61,534 nt of DNA from a virus (lineage: Duplodnaviria > Caudoviricetes). Below the pieces are notes generated by a model. It searched no databases, had not been told where the DNA came from, and was given only the letters and a program-made list of their open reading frames with translations. The DNA is taken from positions 1 through 61,534 of the IMG/VR virus record IMGVR_UViG_3300010366_000013. One strand, given 5' to 3'. Below, one piece after another: positions 25,979 through 34,181 of the stretch. The stretch's first letter is position 1, and each line of letters begins with the position of its first letter. A program made the translations under genes and the position numbers.

Positions 25979-26691
25979 TGCTGTTCGCTTACCGCCAGCA
26001 AGTGCAGCGGCTTTTGCACGACACCATCCAGGCGCGCGTCAACCTGCAAGACGTTGACTCGTACATCAACACCGCCCGCAACCAGACGGCAGGCGAAGGC
26101 GAAGCGATCCGCTCGCTGGGAACGCTTAATACCATCAGTGGCGAGGCCGACTATTTATTCACCGCGATTTCATACGCGAACGCGCCGGTGGGTTCAGGCC
26201 CAGCGTTGGCTGTGCGCCAAATGGCGTTCGGCGGCAAACTCTTAACCCCGCGAACGTGGGAATGGCTGTTCACCTATTACATCGCATCGGGAGCCGGGGC
26301 CGGGCCACCGGTCGATTGGGCACAACTGTCGCCAGGCCAGCCGGGGCATTTCTATCTCGGCCCGGCGCCAAACACCGTCGGGGTGCTGACGCTCGACGTG
26401 GTGTTGACGCCAACCGCCCTCGTCACCGACGCCGACCCCGAGGCGCTGCCGTATCCCTTCACCGACGCGGTGCCGTATTTCGCGGCTTACCTGGCGTTGC
26501 TGGCGATGGAGGAATTCGACGCCGCTGAGCGACACTACCAGCTTTTCGAGCGGTTCGTTGCTCGAGCTCGGGCGATGAGCACGCCGACCGTGCTGCCGGG
26601 GCAATACCCGGGGGGCGAGGGAGCGATGATCGCCTCGCAGGCGCGGCCGATTACGCCGCCGACAGCCCCGCCACCTGGGGGAACTCGCTGA
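25975..26691 (+). CDS. head-tail adaptor, paralogue 2
   Basis: same motifs as paralogue 1. Confidence 0.7.
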   Translation: MMLFAYRQQVQRLLHDTIQARVNLQDVDSYINTARNQTAGEGEAIRSLGTLNTISGEADYLFTAISYANAPVGSGPALAVRQMAFGGKLLTPRTWEWLFTYYIASGAGAGPPVDWAQLSPGQPGHFYLGPAPNTVGVLTLDVVLTPTALVTDADPEALPYPFTDAVPYFAAYLALLAMEEFDAAERHYQLFERFVARARAMSTPTVLPGQYPGGEGAMIASQARPITPPTAPPPGGTR

Positions 26692-27425
26692 TGCTGTTCC
26701 AATACCGCGAGCAAACCCAGCGCCTTCTTCACGACGTCGGCCAGGTGCGGGTGCCGATCGGCGACATTGACTTCTATGTCAATGACGCCCGGGTGCAGAT
26801 CGCACTGGCGGCCGAATGCCTGCGCCAGCCGGCCGCTTTGACGATGATCGCTGCCCAGCAACCGTATAGCTTCACGGCGATGACCCTGACGGCGGCACCG
26901 ACCGTCCCGGCGGGGATCGCTGGCGTGGGCAATGTGCGGGTCGCCTATCTCGGGCTGGTCACGGGTGGGCGCCGGCGTTTAGAGATGCGTGCCTGGGAGT
27001 GGTTCGACGCCTATTTCTTGTGTCGATCCGCGCCGGTTCCAGGCCCGCCGGTCATCACAAGCCGACTGCAACCCGGGCTCAGCGGCACGCTGTGGTTCGC
27101 GCCGGCGCCCGATGCAGCATACCCGATTCAGATCGATGCGGTGGCGTACCCGTCGCCGCTCTCGTTCGACACCGATCCCGAGGCGCTACCACTGCCGTGG
27201 ACTGACGCGGTGCCGTTCTATGCCGCGTACCTGGCGTTTCTGAGCGTCGGACAGCCCGACGCCGCCGCGGCGATGTGGGGCGAATACCAGAAGTTTGAGA
27301 CGCGCGGCACGCAACTCACCACGCCGACGCGCCAGCCGAGAAGCTTTCCTGGCGGTCGTGGTGCGGCGCTGGCATCGCAGCGCACGCCGCTCACCGGGGC
27401 GATCGTCCCGAGGTCGGCGCAATGA
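26691..27425 (+). CDS. head-tail adaptor, paralogue 3
   Basis: same motifs as paralogue 1. Confidence 0.7.
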   Translation: MLFQYREQTQRLLHDVGQVRVPIGDIDFYVNDARVQIALAAECLRQPAALTMIAAQQPYSFTAMTLTAAPTVPAGIAGVGNVRVAYLGLVTGGRRRLEMRAWEWFDAYFLCRSAPVPGPPVITSRLQPGLSGTLWFAPAPDAAYPIQIDAVAYPSPLSFDTDPEALPLPWTDAVPFYAAYLAFLSVGQPDAAAAMWGEYQKFETRGTQLTTPTRQPRSFPGGRGAALASQRTPLTGAIVPRSAQ

Positions 27426-28399
27426 CCGCCGCGACGCTCCTCCCGCCGCTCTACTACTACCTGCAACAGGTGCGCCGGCTCATTGGCTACGACGAGCACA
27501 TGGCGCTCTACAACGAGGACGACCTCATCGAGTTCATCAACATCGCTCGAGCCGAGGTCGCCGCGCAGGGACAGTGCATCCGGCGGCTGTCACCGTCTCA
27601 GTCGTCGATCTACACGCTTCAGGTGCTGCAGCCGGGGATCAACTACACCGCCCCGACCCTGTCGATCTCGGCACCCGATGCGCCGTCAGGCTCGAAACCG
27701 TACCCGCAAGGACTGCAGGCGACCGGGATCTGCATGCAACTCGGCGGGCAGATCGCCACCGCCGGGGTCACGGTCGGCGGGGCCGGGTATTTCGCGCCAA
27801 GCGTGACGGTCAACGACCCGACCGGCTCGGGCGCCGTCATCAAGGCCAATCTCGGCCCGCTGTGGGAAACGGTGTTCGGGCAGGAAGAGTACGCCTTCGC
27901 CGACATCCCGATCGCTGGCTTCGCCGGGGTCGGGTCGGTGCTGGCGATCCGCTCGGTGAGTTTCGTCTGGGCGAACTGGCAGTGGTCGGCGAGCCGGTTG
28001 AGCTTCTCGAAATACCAGGCGCTGATCCGCCAGTACGTCGCGAGTTTCTTTGCCCCGCCGGTGTGGTGCTGCCAGTTCGGTCAGGGTGTCGACGGTTCGT
28101 ACAAGCTCTATCCGCTGCCAGACCAAAGCTACCAGATGTCGGCCGACTGCATCTGCCTGCCGGTCGAGCTCACCGACGACACCACCTACGAGGCGATCCC
28201 GCAGCCGTGGCGCCGCGCGGTGCCGTACTTCGCCGCGCACCTGACGCTCCTCTCCAAGGCCGCCGAGATCCCGCAGATGCTGCCGCTCGCCAACACCTAC
28301 TTCAACGAGCGCACCGGCGGACTCTTCCAAGTCGAGATGCGGCGAGCGCGCGCCTTCGCGCAGCCGGGCTACGCGAGCTCCTACTACGGACGGGTGTGA
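27422..28399 (+). CDS. head-tail adaptor, paralogue 4, with a Gly-rich insertion
   Basis: YLQQVRRLI, FINIAR, EAIPQPWRRAVPYFAA; roughly 90-aa insertion. Confidence 0.7.
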   Translation: MTAATLLPPLYYYLQQVRRLIGYDEHMALYNEDDLIEFINIARAEVAAQGQCIRRLSPSQSSIYTLQVLQPGINYTAPTLSISAPDAPSGSKPYPQGLQATGICMQLGGQIATAGVTVGGAGYFAPSVTVNDPTGSGAVIKANLGPLWETVFGQEEYAFADIPIAGFAGVGSVLAIRSVSFVWANWQWSASRLSFSKYQALIRQYVASFFAPPVWCCQFGQGVDGSYKLYPLPDQSYQMSADCICLPVELTDDTTYEAIPQPWRRAVPYFAAHLTLLSKAAEIPQMLPLANTYFNERTGGLFQVEMRRARAFAQPGYASSYYGRV

Positions 28400-28653
28400 T
28401 GAACCTCGATGAACTGGAACAGGCGCATAAGCTGAAAGCTGAGTTGCTGGTGTGGCGCGAGGCGCTGTCGCGCTCGCAGCGCGAGGTGTTCAAGTCGGCC
28501 AATCTCATCGTTACCGATGCGGCGCACGGCTACCAAGGACAGCAGGCTCAGACCAACATCGCGCTCGACCGCGACGTGCTGGTGCCGTTTATCGAAGAGC
28601 GGATCGGCGAGATCGTCCTTGCGCTGAGAATGCTTAGGATCGAGGCGGCGTAA
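28399..28653 (+). CDS. hypothetical protein
   Basis: MNLDELEQAHKLKAEL...; TGATG overlap. Confidence 0.55.
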   Translation: MNLDELEQAHKLKAELLVWREALSRSQREVFKSANLIVTDAAHGYQGQQAQTNIALDRDVLVPFIEERIGEIVLALRMLRIEAA

Positions 28654-30921
28654 GTGGCGCAGGGGCAGCAGGGATCGCTTCCCGCGGCACCGCCGCGTAC
28701 TCCCGGTCTTCCGAATAACCCGCTTTTCTACGAGTTTGCGGGCTGGGAGGGGATCGACACCAAGCCGCCGCGGCCGGGTATCGACGACTCCAAGGTCGCC
28801 TGGTGCGATAACCTCATGCCGCTCGGCCCGCACAACCTGCGGGCCATGCCGGATCGTGGGCCGACCGCCTACACCAGCCCCGGCGGCCTCACGATCACGC
28901 ACTACGATTTCTTTGGCCTGGCGTCGACCATCGTCAACAACGGCCCGCACGCGATCGTTTTCCTGTCGGACGGTAGCGCGGCCGATTACGCGATCTTCCC
29001 GAACACGACGACCACGATCGCACCCGCCGGCACCTTTGCGCCACCCGCTGGCACCATCCCCGGCACCCGGCAGTACGGCACCAATTACCTCCTGATCGCG
29101 ACGCAGCAAGCCTTCTCAGCCTACTGGGCGTATGACGGCGCCAACCTCTACGGGTCAGGTTCGGTCGGCCCCGAGATCACCCTCCTCGATACCGGACGCA
29201 ACTACACGAGCGCGCCGACGGTAGCCGCGCACGGCGGCAGCGGTTCCGGTTCGTCATACACGGCGACGGTGGCGAATGGCCAGGTCACGCAAGTCCAGCC
29301 GACGTCACCGGGTTCTGGGTGGACGCCAGGCGATCCGCAACTCGTCTTTCTGACGTTCTCGGGTGGCGGGGGGCCGGCGACGGCGTTCGGACAGGTAGGC
29401 GTCAATAACGGCGCGTTGACGGGAATTGAAATCACGTTCGGCGGTAGCGGTTTCACCAGCGTGCCGTCGATCATTATCACCGACGCCACGGGAACCGGCG
29501 CGGTCGCGATCGTAACTGGCCTCGCGGGCGGCACCATCACCTCGATCGAGGTCATCGACTGCGGCGGGAATTATACGAACCCGACGATCTCGACGTCGGG
29601 CGGCGGTGGCAGCGGGCTGGTGGCGTCGGGGATCATCACGTCTGGCGTCCTTATCGAGAACTCAGTGTCGATAACGGTGCCTGGTGGCCCGTATCTTGAG
29701 GCGCCGGATGTGCATTTCCTGTCGGCGACCGGCAGCGGCGCGTCGGGTACGGCTATCCTCGACAACACGGGCGCCATCCACGGCGTCGATTTCGGGAAAG
29801 GGCTGTCGCACGGGTTCACCGGATCCGGCTACACCAGCCCCGTCTACATCTATTTTTCGGGCGGCGGCGTCGCCAGCGCGACGCAGCGGTTAATGCCGTT
29901 CGGGGTCAACGGGCGCTCGATCGAGTCGTTCAACGGTCGCGCCTGGGTCACGACGACATTCCAAGGCACCAAAACCTACGGCACCGCGCCCGGCTCGGCG
30001 GTGAATTTCAGCCCCGGCGACGGTGGCTTCGTCTTCCCGGCCACCGAGTCGGATCTGAAGTTCCAGTGGAGCGCGCTGCGGCAGTCGAACGGGTTTCTCT
30101 ACCTCGTCGGTGATTCGAGCGTGAACTACATCAGCGGCGTCAACACCTCGGGCTCGCCGGCGACCACCACGTTCTCAAACCTTAACGTTGACCCGCAAAT
30201 CGGCTCGCCCTGGCCGGAAAGCGTCGAGGTCTTCTCGCGCGCTGTGATGATCGCGAACTCGTTCGGCATCCACGCGATCTACGGCGGCTCGGTGCAGAAG
30301 GTTTCGACACCGCTCGACGGGGTTTTCGGCACCGGTACGATCAACCCGAACAATCTGCCGCACGCGGCGGTCGCCGAGATCTTCGGTGTGCATTGCTTTA
30401 TGCTGTTGATGCCCATCACCGACCCGATCACCGGATCGCCGCGCAACTGCCTCTTCCTCTGGGATAGCAAGCGCTGGTGGACAGCGTCGCAGTCGACCGC
30501 CCTGTCGAAAGTTCGCACCAACGAGTGGGGTTCGGTGATCACCGCCTGGGGCTGCGACTCGGGGCAGACCACGCTGTTTCCGCTGTTCCAGAACGGCACC
30601 ACGAGCACGATCCAGAAGACGCTGCAGGCGAAACTCAATACGTCACCAGGCATCCACATCGAAAAGAAAGCGATGCAACTCTACGCGCTGTGGAAGTCGA
30701 CGACCGCTTCAACGCTTGGCTTCACGATCGACACCGACAACGCCTCGCTGCCGATCACGCAAGGCACCTACGTGGCGCTGGCTAACCAACAGGGCTGGGG
30801 TCGTTCCGCGGTTCCGGACAATTACGGGGTCGCCAGCGGGTTTTCGATGGCATCGACGAGCTCGGACTTCACGCTGATCGACGTGCTGGTGCTCGGGATG
30901 GAGCGCCGACTGAAGGTGTAA
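28654..30921 (+). CDS. tail nozzle / tail tubular protein B-like
   Basis: 755 aa after the adaptors; FAGWEGIDTK..R and NLMP N-terminus; beta-propeller-like composition with Gly-rich inserts. Confidence 0.7.
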   Translation: MAQGQQGSLPAAPPRTPGLPNNPLFYEFAGWEGIDTKPPRPGIDDSKVAWCDNLMPLGPHNLRAMPDRGPTAYTSPGGLTITHYDFFGLASTIVNNGPHAIVFLSDGSAADYAIFPNTTTTIAPAGTFAPPAGTIPGTRQYGTNYLLIATQQAFSAYWAYDGANLYGSGSVGPEITLLDTGRNYTSAPTVAAHGGSGSGSSYTATVANGQVTQVQPTSPGSGWTPGDPQLVFLTFSGGGGPATAFGQVGVNNGALTGIEITFGGSGFTSVPSIIITDATGTGAVAIVTGLAGGTITSIEVIDCGGNYTNPTISTSGGGGSGLVASGIITSGVLIENSVSITVPGGPYLEAPDVHFLSATGSGASGTAILDNTGAIHGVDFGKGLSHGFTGSGYTSPVYIYFSGGGVASATQRLMPFGVNGRSIESFNGRAWVTTTFQGTKTYGTAPGSAVNFSPGDGGFVFPATESDLKFQWSALRQSNGFLYLVGDSSVNYISGVNTSGSPATTTFSNLNVDPQIGSPWPESVEVFSRAVMIANSFGIHAIYGGSVQKVSTPLDGVFGTGTINPNNLPHAAVAEIFGVHCFMLLMPITDPITGSPRNCLFLWDSKRWWTASQSTALSKVRTNEWGSVITAWGCDSGQTTLFPLFQNGTTSTIQKTLQAKLNTSPGIHIEKKAMQLYALWKSTTASTLGFTIDTDNASLPITQGTYVALANQQGWGRSAVPDNYGVASGFSMASTSSDFTLIDVLVLGMERRLKV

Positions 30922-31011
30922 TGTGGTGGCACTGGATTATTCTGGCGGTCTGGCTGTGGTGGGTGTTTGCCGACCGCACGCCGCTCCTCGAGGCATCGCG
31001 CCGGCTTTACG

Positions 31012-31046
31012 AAAAAAAAGGGGGCACCCGTGATCGGGCGCCCCCC
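31012..31046 (-). terminator. intrinsic terminator of the moron
   Basis: GGGGGCGCCCG...CGGGTGCCCCC stem plus U8 on the minus strand. Confidence 0.8.
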
Positions 31047-31060
31047 GAAGGCGGCGGCCG

Positions 31061-31537
31061 TTACTTCAATCGGCCGCCGAGCCAGCCTTGATCGAGCACC
31101 ATCTGGATCATTTCGCGCTCGATCTCGGCGTGAGCATTAGTGTGATGGCGATACCGCCCAGCGCCGTCGAACCGTCTGACGTGCCGGAAGTTGTCGCGGC
31201 GTTGATCGCTCGCCGTGTCAGCCCACTCGCCATTGCCAAGGTAGAGCATACGTTGGCGGTGCCCGACGAGCCGGGCGTAGGCTGAGTGCGATAGCTCATG
31301 GACGATGTCGCGCCAGCCCTGACCGGGATTGACGATGAACACCTTGCCACGCGGCCGGGTGCGGACGTTGCCGTAACCTGGTTGCCATGTGCCGGGCCAC
31401 GCCTTACCCATCGCCCGCCGCCATAAACGCTTCGCGGCGCTGATCGCTTCCTTGCGGCTGAGTCGGGGCAATTCGCCGTCCGGCCAGCGTGTGCCCGTCC
31501 GGCGGTGTACGTCGATGTCGTTGTATGGTAGGGTCAT
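31061..31537 (-). CDS. moron protein with an HExxH motif
   Basis: 158 aa, GWRDIVHELSH; own promoter and terminator; antisense to the tail operon. Confidence 0.75.
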   Translation of the reverse strand: MTLPYNDIDVHRRTGTRWPDGELPRLSRKEAISAAKRLWRRAMGKAWPGTWQPGYGNVRTRPRGKVFIVNPGQGWRDIVHELSHSAYARLVGHRQRMLYLGNGEWADTASDQRRDNFRHVRRFDGAGRYRHHTNAHAEIEREMIQMVLDQGWLGGRLK

Positions 31538-31608
31538 CGCGTTAAGTCTCCTATTCGGTTGTCAATCAGCAAAGCGTCGGTCGGGCTCGTACCCCGGCCG
31601 ACGCACGT

Positions 31609-31617
31609 ATTATAGCA
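31609..31617 (-). promoter_or_regulatory. extended -10 promoter for the moron
   Basis: TGCTATAAT on the minus strand in an AT-rich patch. Confidence 0.7.
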
Positions 31618-31794
31618 TAACTTAAGTCATCTGTCCGATTTTTGTTATTTAATCAAATACTTCGGCCTGGGGTATTACGGCAATACTACTATCGCGCCGA
31701 ATATTACCGAGACGACCGCCGATGGCTTCTTGCGGCGACTGCTGGTAAATACCCAGATTGTTAAATCGGGGCTTTTACTATACGTTTCGACGCC

Positions 31795-32136
31795 GTGAGC
31801 GTCGCGACCCTCTTCAACCTCCCAGATCCCCGCGATCCGCGGAGCATGGCGGAATGGTCGTTCTCCAACGCCGACAGCCACCTGCAGATCATCCTCGCGA
31901 TCCAGCGTCAGCACGGTAAGCTGCTTACGAGCTACGTGCTCGACCCGCTGCCGGTCGAGGACATCCCGACGTTTCTGCAACGCCACCAGGCGATGCACGC
32001 CGACATGGCGTCGGTGACCGGGATCGGCACGAATAATTACACGGCGATCGATTTTAATGACCCGAGTGCCGTCGCTTACTATTTTCAGCTTCACGCGGCT
32101 GAGCACGTCCGCACGCATAACTTGCTTGGGATCTGA
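31795..32136 (+). CDS. His-rich tail-module protein
   Basis: 113-aa ORF resuming the tail operon. Confidence 0.65.
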   Translation: MSVATLFNLPDPRDPRSMAEWSFSNADSHLQIILAIQRQHGKLLTSYVLDPLPVEDIPTFLQRHQAMHADMASVTGIGTNNYTAIDFNDPSAVAYYFQLHAAEHVRTHNLLGI

Positions 32137-32139
32137 GCG

Positions 32140-32832
32140 ATGAGCGACGAACGGATGATCAACCTCGACGAATTTACCCGCAAGCGACCCTCGCCCTTCG
32201 ACTCGGGCCGCAAACCGCCGGGGGCCGACCCGACGCCAGAAAATCCGCATCAGCGCGCCCGGCCGCAGCGTTTGCCGAAGATGGGCGAGCAACCGCGGCT
32301 GCCCAAGCCGGAATTGGAGCTACCTGTGATGACCGACAATCCGATGGCGAATGCGTCGGAACCCGCGACGATCGATACCCAACGCCCGCCCGCCAAGCGC
32401 GACTACGCGGGGTCGACCGCGCGTCGCGTGGTGCCGGCCGAGATTGACGAGCTCATCGGCTGGGGCTTGCCGCGGTTCCAGCACCGGTTCCCGCGCTGCA
32501 CGCCGCAGTCGATCTATCCGCTGCTGATGGAAGCGACCAACGGCGGGCGCTTTCTTTACGTGCGCACCGACTCGGCGCAGGGGCTGTGGATCGCCGAGCG
32601 CACCCCGTGGGAACCAGAGTTGGCGGTTTACGATGCGTTCGTCGTGAAGAAGCGGCTCGAGGCGAACGATGAGGAGCGAGACGCGATCTACCGCGCCGGG
32701 TTGCGGTGGGCCGAAGAGATCGGCGCAGTGACGTTCCAGTACGGTGCCTCGACAGGTGTCAAGCTCGACGCTGTCGCAGCGAAGATCGGCTTCGATTTCC
32801 CGATCTACGGCTATATCAAGAAACTGCGCTAA
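32140..32832 (+). CDS. putative GNAT-fold protein
   Basis: C-terminal IYRAGLRWAEEIGA...AKIGF pattern; position typical of podophage acetyltransferase-like genes. Confidence 0.5.
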   Translation: MSDERMINLDEFTRKRPSPFDSGRKPPGADPTPENPHQRARPQRLPKMGEQPRLPKPELELPVMTDNPMANASEPATIDTQRPPAKRDYAGSTARRVVPAEIDELIGWGLPRFQHRFPRCTPQSIYPLLMEATNGGRFLYVRTDSAQGLWIAERTPWEPELAVYDAFVVKKRLEANDEERDAIYRAGLRWAEEIGAVTFQYGASTGVKLDAVAAKIGFDFPIYGYIKKLR

Positions 32833-32841
32833 ACCGCCCAG

Positions 32842-32890
32842 TTTCGGCTGGTTTTCACGATTGACGCTCGTCTTTAGCGCTTCGCTCTAT
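32842..32890 (+). promoter_or_regulatory. putative late promoter, copy 1
   Basis: TTTCG-N14-TTGACG-N18-CTCTAT; same layout at 38874-38922. Confidence 0.5.
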
Positions 32891-32918
32891 TGCCCGCTTG
32901 GCAAGAGCGGCGGGCCAA

Positions 32919-34178
32919 ATGTGCAGTGGCGCGGGCATCGGCGGCGGCATCGGCGGCATTCTCGGCGGTCTGGCTGATGCCGGGCTTGCGGTTTTCGCCC
33001 CGGAGCTCGCCATCCCGCTGGCGCTGGCGACCGGTGCCGGCGGTTTCCTCGGCGGGACGGCTGGTGGCCTAGCGAGCGGTGAAAAGCTCGGCCCCTCTTT
33101 AATCAGCGGCGCCGAATCCGGTGGAATCGGCGCTCTGACCGCCGGGGCCGGGAACGTCCTCGCCGGCGGCGATTTCCTTGGCGGCCCAGCCTCCAGCCTT
33201 ACGAGTTTGTTTGGCGGTTCCACGCCGGCCGCGGCATCGGACACCGCCGCAGCGGCGGGCACCGCAGCAGCGGGTGCTGCATCGGACACCGCAGCCGCCG
33301 CTGGGGGCGCCGCCGCAGCTACCCCGGCTGCGACCACTCTCACCGCGACGGCACCGTCGACCGGCACGGCGCTATCGACCGCCGCGCCAACGGCGGTTGG
33401 TGCTGGGGCTGGTGGTGGCGGTGCGCCGCTCGCTGCATCGACGGGCGCGATCGACAACACCTCGATAAACCCATTTGCCAGCCTGTCGGGAGCGACGCCG
33501 ACGGCTGGCAGCGGCGTTAGCCCGACATCGAGCGGTAGTGGTATTGGGGGTTGGCTGTCGAAGCTCTGGTCTGGGTCGGGCTCGGGCACTTGGGCCACAG
33601 ACGCGTCCGGTAACCCGGTTCCGCTCGGCTCACCGGGGGTTACCAATGCTGGCGGTGGCAGTGACACCGGTGGCATTAGTGGCTGGCTCGGCAAAACGCT
33701 CACCAGCCCGAGCACGCTGATCGCCGGCGGCGCAGCGGCGCTGCCGTTGATCATGGGGCAAGGTAAGATCCCTGGCCTATCCAGCCTGCAAGCAAACGCC
33801 AATTTTCTGAACACGACCGGCCAACAGATGGCGGATTCGCTACGGACAGGCATGCTGCCAGCGGGAGCTCAAGCGGGGCTCGACGCATCGGCGCGGGCGG
33901 CGAAGGCGCAGGTGGCCAGCACATACGCGTCGATGGGTCTTTCGGGGTCGAGCATGGAAGCCGACGCGATGGCCAACATCGACCAGCGGGTCGCGGCGCA
34001 AAGGTATCAAGAACTCGTGGACGCGACGAAGACCGGGCTCGACGCGGTCGGGCAAGCATCGCCGCTCTACACCACGATAATGAACACGCAGATCGCGCAG
34101 GATAAGGCGACGCAGGACGCCATCGCGCGGCTCGCCGCGGCGCTCGCTGGTGGCACGGGTGCCGCCAAGGCGGCGTAA
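32919..34178 (+). CDS. internal virion / DNA ejection protein
   Basis: MCSG start, Gly/Ala-rich N-terminus, MGLSGSS motif and helical C-terminus. Confidence 0.65.
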   Translation: MCSGAGIGGGIGGILGGLADAGLAVFAPELAIPLALATGAGGFLGGTAGGLASGEKLGPSLISGAESGGIGALTAGAGNVLAGGDFLGGPASSLTSLFGGSTPAAASDTAAAAGTAAAGAASDTAAAAGGAAAATPAATTLTATAPSTGTALSTAAPTAVGAGAGGGGAPLAASTGAIDNTSINPFASLSGATPTAGSGVSPTSSGSGIGGWLSKLWSGSGSGTWATDASGNPVPLGSPGVTNAGGGSDTGGISGWLGKTLTSPSTLIAGGAAALPLIMGQGKIPGLSSLQANANFLNTTGQQMADSLRTGMLPAGAQAGLDASARAAKAQVASTYASMGLSGSSMEADAMANIDQRVAAQRYQELVDATKTGLDAVGQASPLYTTIMNTQIAQDKATQDAIARLAAALAGGTGAAKAA

Positions 34179-34181
34179 CCG

